Positions 40,301-52,300 of a stretch of DNA of 64,000 bases are shown here, piece after piece. Under the pieces are notes generated by a model. The model worked only from the letters and a program-made list of their open reading frames with translations. It made no database searches and was not told where the DNA came from. The translations under genes and the position numbers were made by a program. How positions within the stretch are numbered: position 1 is the stretch's first letter; each line of letters opens with the position of its first letter. This DNA comes from Betaproteobacteria bacterium. GTDB lineage: Bacteria > Pseudomonadota > Gammaproteobacteria > Burkholderiales > Ga0077523. The stretch spans positions 7,945-71,944 of the forward strand of contig WGLR01000003.1 of assembly GCA_016125475.1 (NCBI GenBank), given 5' to 3'.

Positions 40301-43300
40301 GCCGGTCATGATCGACCTCACGGCGCCGCGTGCGGACCTGCAGGTCGAGGTCGTCGATGCGCCCGCGAGCGCGCGGGGCGGCGAATCCGTCACGATCTCG
40401 TGGCGCGTGCGCAACGCGGGCGATTTCGCGACCGACGCGGGAAGCTGGCGCGACACGGTCTACCTGTCGGCGGACGACGTGCTCGACGCGTCGGACCTGC
40501 TGCTCGGGCAGGTGACGCGCACGGGTGACGTGGCAGCGGGATCGACCTACACGTCGAGCGCGACCGTGTTCGCCCCCAACGACGTGACGGGAGACTACCG
40601 CGTGCTCGTGCGCGCGGACGCCGGCAACGACGTGTTCGAGGGCAATCTCGACGGCAACAACGTCGGCGCGGCACTGACGCTCACGGCGCTCGCGCCGGCC
40701 CCGGTCGCGGACCTGCAGGTGACGGACGTGAGCCTGCCGGCGGGCGGCGTGCCCCGCGAGACGCGGACCGTGCAGTACACCGTGCGCAACGCAGGCGATG
40801 CGCAGGTGTCCGGCACCTGGACCGACCGGATCTACCTGAGTGCATCGGGAACGACGAGCGGCGCGGTACTCGTGGCGAGCGTCGACGTCGCACGCACGCT
40901 CGCGGCGGGCGAGGCTTACACGGCGTCCGCGCAGCTCACGCTGCCCGACCTCGCGGACGGGGACTACCGGGTGCTCGTCGTGACCGACGCGACGCAGCGC
41001 ATCTACGAAGTTCCCCACGAGGACAACAACCAGGGGCTCGCCGACGGCGTCGTCGCGATCGTGCATCCCGATCTCGCCGTCGATGCAGTCCGTGTCGCGG
41101 CGACGGCCGAGTCGGGCACGGTGCTCGACATCGAGTGGGACGCGGCCAACGCCGGCACGAGCGCACTCGCCGGAACCTGGACCGATCGCGTGTATCTCTC
41201 GCGAGATGCGACGATCGGCAGCGGCGACACGCTGCTCGCCGAGTTGACTGCGACACGTTCACTCGCGGCGGGCGAAGGCTACACGGCCGCCGCGCAGTTC
41301 GAAGTGCCGATCGGCGCGACGGGCGAGTATTTCATCATCGTCTCGACGGATGCCCCGAACGACGTCCGCGAACTGGGTTCCGAAGGCAACAACACGCTCG
41401 CGACCGCGTTCTCGGCGGATCTCGCGCCCTACGCCGATCTCGCCGTGTCGGATGTCGTCGCGCCCGCGGTCAGCATCGGCGACCCGGTCGAGGTGACGGT
41501 CTCGTGGGTCGTCACGAACGAGGGCAACGGCGCGGGTCGGACCACCGAGTGGACCGACGCCGTCGTCGCGTCCCGCGATGGCGTCGCGGGCAACGGCGAC
41601 GACGTCGTGCTCGCGCGCTTCACGCACACGGGCGCGCTCGACGTCGGCGCAGGCTACTCCCGCAGCGAGACGTTCCTGCTGCCCGCACGCTTCCAGGGTC
41701 GCTACACGCTCTTCGTGCGCACGGACGTCGACGACACGGTCTTCGAAAACGCGCAGGACGCGAACAATGCCGCGCCGCTCGCGGAGCCGTTCGACGTGAT
41801 GTTCATTCCGTATGCGGATCTCGTGGTCGATTCGGTGGCGCCGACCGGACCCGCTTCGAGCGGACGTGGCCTCGAGGTCACCTGGCAGGTCCGAAACGCG
41901 GGCATCGGAATCACCGACCGGAACGACTGGTCCGACAGGGTGTACCTGACCACCCGGGCGGACGGAAGCCAGCGCACGCTGCTCGGAAGCTTCACGCACA
42001 TCGGCCAGCTCGGGCCGGACGGCGCCTACACGCGCACCGCGACCGTGATCCTGCCCGACGGCATCGAGGGCGCGTACCACCTCGTCGTGGAAACGGGCGG
42101 ACCGTTCGAGTTCGTCTACACGGACAACAACACGCGCGTCTCCGACGCCTTCGACGTCGCGCTCACGCCGCCACCGGATCTCGTGGTGACGTCGATCGTC
42201 GCACCCGGCACGGCGTCGGAGGGATCCGCGATCGACGTCTCCTGGACGGTGCTGAATCAGGGCCAGGGCGACGCGAACGGAACCTGGGTCGACAGCGTCT
42301 ACCTGCGTGAATTCGGCGACACGGGACCTGGCACGCAGATCGGGACCTACACGTTCCAGGGACCCCTCGAGGCCGGAAAGTCCTATACCCGTCGCGAACT
42401 CGTGAACATCCCGCTGCACACGAGCGACCGCTACGAGATCATCGTCCGCACGGACGCCCAGGACGCCGTCTACGAGCACGCCCGGGAGGACAACAACCAG
42501 TCCGTCGACGACACCCAGATCTCCGTCACCGTCCTGCCGCGGCCGGATCTGCAGGTGGCAGACGTGTCGGGGCCGGACGTCGTCGACGCAGGCGGCACCG
42601 CCTCGCTCGAATTCGTCGTGATCAATCAGGGGCCCGTCGCGACGGACGTGGCGAACTGGACCGACCGGGTCTACCTCTCCCTCGACGACAGGATCACGGT
42701 CGACGACATCCTGGTGAGTTCGCTCACGAACGGCGCCGCACTCGCGCCGGGGGAGCAGTACCTGTCGCTCACCTCGACCTTCCAGGTGCCGAAGCGTTTC
42801 CGCGGCACGGTCTACGCGATCGTCTCGGCAGACCACGGCAACGCCGTGGACGAGTGGCCGAACGACACGAACAACATCGCGCTCCATCCGATCTACGTGA
42901 ACCCCTGGCCGTTCGCGGACATCGTCGTGAGCGACGTCGTCGCGCCCGCACAGGCATTCGAGGGCAACCAGGTCGAGGTGCGCTACACGGTCACGAACCT
43001 CGGCAGCGGTCCGACCGACATCGGGAAATGGACGGAACAGATCTGGCTCACGAAGGACAGGAACCGCCCCCACCCCGGACAGGGAGACGTGCTGCTCTCG
43101 AGCTTCGCGTACACGGGCGGGGCGCTCGGCCGCAACGCCGGCTACGACCGTGTCGTGACGGTGAAGCTGCCCGACAGCGTGGTGTCCGGCACGTACTACC
43201 TCACGCCCTGGGTCGACCCCTATGCGCAGATCCTCGAGGACACGCTCGCGGTCAACGTGAATCCGGACGACCCCAGCGAGGTGAACAACAACAACTACAA

Positions 43301-46300
43301 GGCCCGCGCGATCGACCTGATCGGCATACCGCCGGTTCTCCAGCCGCATCCCGACCTCTCCGTCGAATCGGTCGTCGCGGAGGCCTCGGAATTCGCGGGC
43401 GAGGAGTTCACGTTCTCGTGGACCGTCGCGAACACGGGCGAGGGCGCCGCGTCCGGCGGCTGGCTCGACAAGGTGTATCTCTCGGACAACGCGGTTTTCG
43501 ATGCGCCGGGTGCGCACCAGTTCGCGCTCGGTATCTTCGCACCGGCGAAAGCCCTGAATCCGGGCGACGCCTACACGAGCACGCAGACGATCCTGCTCGA
43601 GCCCTCTGCGAAGGGTCAGTACGTTCATGTTCGCCTCGACACGGGGAACGTCCGGCCCTCGGAGCTCGATGCGTCGAACAATCACGCCGTCACGACCACG
43701 TCGGTCACGGACCGCATTCCGGACCTCAGGGCGACGGAAGTCGTGCCAGCCGCGAGCGCGTACTCCGGCGAGAAGACGACGGTGCGCTACACCGTCACGA
43801 ACGACTCGGACGAGACGATCTGGCGCTACACGCAGTACTGGACCGACAAGATCTACCTCTCCAGGGATCCGGTTTTCATCGCCGAGCCCGGTCGCACGAC
43901 GCTGCTCGCGACGATCCAGCAGCCGAACACCGGCCCCCTCGGCCCGCACGAAAGCTACACGCGCGAGATCGAGGTCACGCTGCCGCCCGGCATCGAGGGC
44001 CAGTACTACCTCTACGTGTTCGCGAACGTGGATCCGCAGGGCCTCCCCGGAACGCTCGCCTGGCCCGTCGAGAGCGGGGACGGCATGTTCGTGGCAGGCA
44101 GCGCGCTCGAGTACTACTACCAGCACGCCTACGAGGTCGCGACGAACAACATGGCACGAGGCGAACTGCCCGTCGTGTACCGCGAGCCCGACCTGCGCGT
44201 GACGGACCTCCAGGTGCCGGACACGGTCGCGGCGGGCAGCACGGTGGACGTCACGTTCACCGTCACGAACGTGGGCACGCGCGACACGCGCCAGGACGGC
44301 TGGACCGACCGCGTGTTCCTGTCGGCCGACACCTCGCTCGACACGTTCGACGCGGTGCTGCAGGACGAGTCCAACCCCGCGAGACCGGTGGCCGCGGAGT
44401 TCGTGCGGAAAGGCGTCCTGAAGGCCGGCGAGTCCTACACCGCGACGGTTCGCGTGACGCTGCCGTTCGACGTGTCGGGCGATCTCAACGTCCTCGCGAT
44501 GACCGATGCCACGGCCGATGCCTCGCCCTACAACGCATCCAGCCTTACCGCGCGCCTGTCCGGGGTGCGTTCCGCCCTCGACCGTGTCCGCGAATTCCAG
44601 GGGGAGGGCAACAACCTCACGGCCGCGGCCGTCACCGTGACACCCTACGTCCCGCCGGACCTGCAGGTGACCGTGCTCGGGGTTCCGCTCCGTGCGATCC
44701 GGGGACAGGGCTTCGACGTGAGCTACACGGTTGCCAACCTGGGCGGCGACACGCCGTTCCAGCAGTCCGGCTGGGAGGACCTCGTCTACCTTTCGCGCGA
44801 CGCCTTCCTCGACACGCGCGCGGACCGGTTCATCGCGTCGATCCGGCACGAAGGCGGTCTCGCCGCCGGCGGGTCCTACGACATCGCACGCACGTTCACC
44901 GTGCCGACGGACCTTGCCACCGAGGCGTATTACGTCTTCGTGGTCACGGACCCGGCGCGCTACGACGCGCGCGGCGCCGTGTTCGAGGGAGGCAACGACC
45001 GCAACAACCAGCGCTCGAGCGACGTGCCGATGGTGATCGAGCTGCCGCCTCCCACGGACCTCGTCGTCACCGATGTCGCGGTGCCGTCCGAGGCACGCTC
45101 GGGCGAACCCGTCTCGCTGTCGTGGACGGTCACGAACCAGAGCACGGTCGAGGCGTCCGGTACGTGGTCGGATTCCGTCTACCTCTCCGAGGATGCGACC
45201 TGGGACATCACCGACCGGCCGCTCGGACGCGCGGGCTTCTCGGGCACGCTCGCACCGGGCGCGTCGTACACGCTCGACCTGGACACGCTCATGCCGGGCG
45301 CGACCCCGGGCCACTATCGCGTGATCGTGCGCACCGACATCTTCAACCAGGTGTTCGAGGGCGTCGACGAGGCGAACAACCGGACCGGTTCCGCCGACGA
45401 TCTCGTCGTGTCCGTCGACGAACTGCTGATCGGCACGCCGCTCGACACGGTCCTCGCGAACGGACAGGAGAAGCTCTACCGCATCACGGTGCCGCGCGAC
45501 CAGACCCTGAGGCTCACGCTCACGGCCGGCGACGACCAGAGCGCGAACGAGATCTTCGTGCGACACGACGCCGTGCCGACCTCGGCCGTGTTCGACGCGA
45601 CGTACTCGGGACTGCTCTCGAGCGACCTGACCGCGATCGTGCCCTCGACCGAGCCCGGCACGTACTACGTGCTCGTGCGCAACTTCCGCGCTGGCACCGA
45701 GGGAACCGACGTCCGGCTGCTCGCGGAACTCCTGCCGCTCGTGATCACGGACGTGCACACGGACGCGGGCGGGGACAGCCAGCACGTGACCACGACGATC
45801 CGCGGTGCGCAGTTCCGGGACGGTGCGATCGTGAAGCTCGTGCGGCCGGGCATCGCCGAGTACGAACCGGTCAGGTGGGAAGTCGTCGACAGCACGAAGA
45901 TCATCGCGATGTTCGATTTCACGGACGCGCCGCACGGCCTCTACGATCTCGAGGTGATCAATCCGAACGGCGACACGGCCGTCGTCCCCTATCGCTTCCT
46001 CGTCGAGCGCGCGATCGAGCCGGACGTCACGATCGGTCTCGGCGGGCCGCGCGTGATCCTCGCGGGCGATCAGGCCACGTATTCGGTGGCGCTGCAGAAC
46101 CTTTCGAACCTGGACGCGCCGTACACCTACTTCGAGGTCGGCGTCCCCCAGCTCAACATCAATCCGATCGTCTACGGGCTGCCGTACCTGGAATTCTTCA
46201 CGAACGTGCGCGGCGCGCCTGAAGGGGCGGCAGGTTCCGACAATGCCTCGGTGCCGTTCGTGCAGATGGAGTCGATCACGAACACGATCGGCCAGCTGTC

Positions 46301-49300
46301 GACGTCGGGATTCCTGTTCGACGAGGCGGCCGACGGTTTCGCGGGTTTCTCGTTCAACGTCGCGACCTATCCCGGCCTGCAGGCGCTCCACGAACGGGCA
46401 TTCGACGACTTCCGCGCGCGCATGGCCGCCTCGTTCCCGGATCTCGACGAGAAGCTCGCCGACGGGCCCGCGGGAATCGGCGACTGGTGGAACGCGCTCC
46501 GCGACAAGGCCGACCAGATCCAGCCCGGACTCGGCGCGATCATGGGCAACATCGATTTCGTCGGGCTCTACAACCAGAACGAGGCAGTGCCGAGCGACTG
46601 CGTGATCCCGTTCATCCCGTTCCGGTTCCACATCTACGCGAGTTCCACGTCGATGACGCGCGACGAGTTCGTCGCGTTCCAGACGCAGGAGGCGATCGAC
46701 CTGCGTGACGCGATCCTCGAGGCCGACGACGCGCCCGCGGCCCTGCTCGCGATCGCCGCGAACGAGCAGGACTGGGTGAATCTCTATCTCGCCGCGCTCG
46801 AGGACGCGCAGATCCTGCGGCCGGACGGCGAGACGCCCCCGATCCGCACGCAGCAGCACATCGTGAGCCTCATGAGCATCCTCGCGTCCGGCATCCTCTT
46901 CGGACCCGCGGGCAGCGAGATACGCAGCGACGGCGACCTGCTGGGCTTCTTCGAGACCGTGCGCACGCTGTACGGCCACCAGCAGGACCGGCTCGCGCAG
47001 ATCGAGTTCTGGGATCCGCGCGAGAGCGACTGCTACGAGGGCGAGGTGCCCGTTCCCGCGATTCCGGAGTTCACCAGCCAGGACCTGGGCCTCTCGCAGG
47101 CCACGCACTTCGAGGCGTTCCGCGTCTACGTGCCGTGGATGGATTTCGAGAGTCGCGGCAACGGCCTGCCGCTCGACTTCCAGATCAACGGTCCGCAGCC
47201 CGTCGACGGCGACGAGTTCGCGGCGCTCGACTTCTCGCGCTACCTCATGGGCGAGAGCGGCGGCACGGGCCGTCTCGCGTCGATCACCGGGCCCCAGACG
47301 TTCGACACCCAGGGCTGGCTGCCTGCCTCCGCGCCACTGCCCTACACCGTGAACTTCGAGAACAGCGCGAGTGCGTCGACCTACGTGAACGAGGTGCGCG
47401 TCGTGACCGAGCTCGATCCCGACCTCGACGCACGCTCGTTCGAGCTCGGCGACATCAGGATCGGCGACATCACGATAGACGTTCCCGAAGGAAGGGCGCT
47501 CTACCAGACCGAGCTCGACTTCACCGACACGCGCGGCTTCCTGCTGCGCGTGAGCGCGGGCGTCGATCTCTACCAGGACACGCCGTCCGCGACGTGGCTC
47601 ATCCAGGCGATCGATCCGCTCACGGGCGAACTCCTGAAGGACACGACACGCGGGCTGCTCGCCCCGAACGATGCGCTCGGCAAGGGTGCGGGATTCGTGT
47701 CGTACTCGGTGCAGGTTTCGGACGACGCGCAGACGGGCGCTTCGGTCTCGGCGCAGGCGCGCGTGCTGTTCGACACGCAGGCGCCCGAGGACACCGCGGT
47801 GCTCGAGCAGAGGATCGACGGCGGGGCGCCCGTCACCTCGCTCGACGCGACGCGCATCGGCACGACCGACAACTACACGCTCGCCTGGACCGTGCAGGAC
47901 GACGACGGCGGCTCGGGCTTCGACCACCTCACGCTGTACGTCGCCACGGACGGCGGGGACTTCAGGATCTGGCAGCGGGACGTCGACGCGCAGAACGGTT
48001 CGCTCGTGTTCACGGGCGAGAGCGGGCACACATACGAGTTTCTCGCGCTCTCGACCGACGTCGCGGGCAACCGCGAGGCGCCCGCACCCGGCGTGAACGC
48101 GGTCGCCGACGACTCGGGCGTGAACCTCGGTGCGCTGCCGAGCGTGCCGGGCACGACGCCGCCCAACTTCGGCGTCGCACCGGAGCCGGCCCCCGAACCG
48201 TCGACGAACCCCCTGTTCGTCGCGGCGGAGGCGGGGATTCCGAACGCGCAGCCGTTCACGCAGGTGTCCGAGTTCGACGCGGTGCTGCGGCCGTTCGTCG
48301 CGCAGTCGTTCGTGACCGGGGTCGGGCGCAGCAACGCGGACATTGGACCCATGGCCATCGTCGAGACGCCCGACGGCGACTATCTCGTGTCCGGTGGCGC
48401 GAACCGCAGTGACCTCTACAGGGTCTCGCGGGAGGGGGGCGACGCGGGGGGCCCGTGGGCGAGCCTGGACGACCCCGTCTTCAACCTCGCGTTCGACGGT
48501 CAGGGGCAGCTCTGGGCGACGACGGGCGGCGGTGCGCTGCTCCAGCTCGACCCCGGGACCGGCGAGGTGCTGAACCGCTTCGGCGACGGCGTCACGATCG
48601 CGCTCGCGGTCGAACCGGGCACCGATCGCCTGTTCGTGTCGACGAACGCCGGCGTGCAGATCTTCGACCCGGACACGGGCGTGTTCACGCAGTACAGTCG
48701 CGACCGGGACCTGCGCGTCGGCAGTCTCGCGTTCGACGACGCCGGTGCCCTCTGGGCCGTCACCTGGCCCGATCGCCGGCAGGTCGTGCGCTTCACCGAA
48801 CAGCGTCGCGCCGAGATCATGCTCGAGTTCGATTCCGACATCGACTCGCTCGCATTCGGCCGACCCGGCACCGCCCTGGAGAGGCTGCTCTTCGTCTCGC
48901 ACAACTCGGGGCGCGTCTCGAGCACCGGCGCGGCGGCGGAAGGGGCCGACCTCACGATGGTGGACGTCGCGACGCTGCGTCGTGTCGAGGTCGCATCGGG
49001 GGGCACGCGCGGAGACGTCGTGTTCGCGACGTCCGACGGTCGCCTGCTCGTGAGCCAGTCGCACCAGGTCGATGTCGTGAATCCCGTGTTCGCGCCGAGC
49101 GTGGTCGCGACCTATCCGGTCGCGGATGCCGTGATGCCGCTGCCGTTGCCGTTCGTGTCCGTCGTGTTCAACCAGGACATGTTCACGGGGGACGCCACGG
49201 CCGGGGAGAGCGTGCTGAATCCCGCGAACTACGTGCTGGAAGGCGCGGGCACGGGCACGCAGACGGTGCAGTCCGTCGTGTACGACGCAACCACGCGCAC

Positions 49301-52300
49301 CGCGCTGCTCGGCTTCGCGAACCTGCTGCCGGACGACTATTCGCTGACCGTGCGCGAAGCGGTCTCGAGCGTGTTCGGACAGCCGCTGGCGGCGGATTTC
49401 CAGGTGACGTTCACGGCCGTGAGCGACCTCTCCGCCTATCTCGACATCGGCTTCGGCCTCACGCGCTACGACCGCTCGCTCGGCACGGTGTCCTACGACG
49501 TCACGATCACGAATCGCGGCGACATCGACATCCTGCTGCCGGCGCTGCTCACGCTCGACCCCTCCGACGGCTACGCGGGTGTGCCCGTGGATGCCGCGGG
49601 GCGCACCGACGACGGACGCTGGCTCGTCGACCTCGCGGACAACCTCCCCCCCGGCGGGCGGCTCGCACCCGGTGCGACGACGACCGGGCACACCGTGTCC
49701 GTCGCGAGCCCCGACCGGCGTCGCGTGGAATTCACGACCGGTGTGGCCGCGGCGACACAGCTCAACCGTGCGCCGGGATTCACGTCCGAGCCACCCCTCG
49801 ACGCCAGCGTCGGCGAGACCTGGACGTACCAGGCGCAGGCGCAGGATCCCGACGGCCACGCGACGGTGTTCTTCCTGATGAGCGGGCCCGAGGGCATGAC
49901 CGTGGACAGCGAATCCGGCCTGCTCTCGTGGGAGGTCCAGCCGGGCGTGCCTGCGACACAGCCCGTCGTGCTGCAGGTCTTCGACAGCCGCGGCGCATCC
50001 GCGCTGCAGCGTTTCGTGCTCGACGTCGGTGGCGGCAACCGCGCGCCCGAGTTTCTGTCCGCGCCGACCCAGGTCGAAGGCCGCGAGGGCGTCGCCATCG
50101 AGTTCGACGTCGTGGCGTCCGATCCGGACCAGGACCCGCTCACGATCTGGGCCGACAATCTTCCGGCCGGTGCGTCGTTCGATGCCGATACGCGCACGTT
50201 CAGCTGGCTGCCGGGCTTCGATGCCGCCGGCACGTTCGAGGACGTGCGCTTCTACGCGTCCGACGGTCACTCCGTCACGAACGTCGCGGTGGACATCCTC
50301 GTCGCGCAGGGGTACCGCACGCCCGAACTCGTGCGACCGGCCGACCGCACGGTTCGCGAGGGCGACACGGTCCGGTTCTTCCTGCAGGCGAGCGGCGACG
50401 AGACGCGCGAGCTCACGTTCTCGAGCGCCGTGCTGCCGTGGGGCGCGCAGCTCAACGCCAGGAGCGGACTGTTCGAGTGGACGCCGCTCTTCACGCAGGC
50501 CGGCGAATACGACGTCCCGCTGAGCGTGAGCGACGGGACCTACAAGTACACGGTGTCCACGCACATCAGCGTGACCAATGCGAACGGCGCGCCGCAGTTC
50601 GACCCGCAGGAGGGCTGGGAGGTCTTCGAGGGGCAGCCGCTCACGATCAAGCTCTACGCGTTCGATCCGGACAATCCCTTCTACGAGCCGGGGTTCCGCG
50701 ACGCGGACGGCAACTTCGCGGAGATCGCGCAGACGCCCCGCACGGTAACGGTGTCGGCCGGCAGGCTGCCCGACGGGGCCACGTTCGATCCCGAGACGTT
50801 CGATTTCGAATGGCGTCCCGGTCCTGCGCAGGCCGGCGACTACGCGGTGACGTTCACGGCCGTGGATGACGGCGACGGCACGGGCAGTCCGCTGACCGAC
50901 ACGATCACCGTGCCGATCCGCGTGCTGAACCTGAACCGTACGCCCGTCATGGAACCGGTCGAGAACGTGACGCTCGCGCGCGGCGAGTCGCGCGACGTCC
51001 TCGTGCGCGCCACCGACCCGGAGGGCGGGCAGATCACGCTCGGCGCGACGAGCGAACAGCCGGGCTATCCGCTGCCCGCGTTCATGAGCTTCACGGACAA
51101 CGGCGACGGCACAGGCACGCTGCATCTCGCTCCCGGCGTCGGAGACCGCGGCGAGCACGCGGTGCGCATCGTCGCGAGCGACGACGGCGACGGGGGCGAC
51201 CCGCAGTCCGCGGATTACGTCTTCATCGTGGACGTGACGAGCGCGAACGAACCCCCGAAGCTCGTTTTCCTCGGCGACGTCGTCGCGGTCGCGGGGCAGC
51301 CCGTGCAGATTCCCGTGATCGCGAGCGACATGGACCAGGACCCGCTCACGTTCGGCATCGACGGGCTTCCGGCCGGTGCATCGATCGCGACGACGGCCGT
51401 GTACGGCCACGCCCTGATCACCTGGACACCGCAGACCGGCGACATCGGTTCCCGCGACGTGACCGTGAACGTCGCGGACACCGGAAACGGTGGTGCCGCT
51501 GAAGTCGGAACGGACTCGGGTGCCTTCCGTCTCGTCGTGCGCGACGCGAACACGTCCCCCGTGCTGATCCCCGTCGGGGACAGGCAGGCCACCGAAGGGC
51601 AGACACTCGCGTTCCGGCTCCGCGCGGTCGATGGCGAGGACGATCCCGTGACGTTCCGCGCCGACGGTCTGCCGGCCGGCGCGACGCTCGATCCGACGTC
51701 TGGCGAGTTCAGCTGGACGCCCGCGCTCAACCAGGCCGGGACCCACGACGTGACGTTCACGGCCACCGACGGCAGCGGCTCCAGCGAGGAGCGCATCGCG
51801 ATCTCCGTCGCGAACGCGAACCAGCTGCCCGTGTTCGTGCCGATGCTCACGCAGCTTGCTCGCGAAGGCGCGCAGCTCACGTTCACGGTGGTGGCGGCCG
51901 ACCCGGACGGCGACCCCGTGGTGCTCGCCGCGGGCCACGGTCTGCCCGAGGGGGCGCTGTTCGTGCCGGACCGCGGGGAGTTCCAGTGGACGCCTGCCTT
52001 CGACCAGGCCGGGGAGCACGTGATCACGTTCACGGCCGCCGACCCGAGCGGGACACCGGTGAGTCTCGACGTGACGGTGCGCGTCGCGAACGTGAACCGT
52101 GCACCGGTGCTGCAGGAATCCGATCACGCCTTCCTGATCGGCGAGACGCGCGAGTTCTTCATCCGGGCGACCGACCCCGACGTGGGTACCGCGCTCACGT
52201 ATGGCGCGATCGACCTGCCGTCGGGCGCGACGATCGATCCGGACACGGGACTGTTCTCGTGGACCCCCGGTCCGGGCCAGTCCGGGGACTACCTCGTCAC

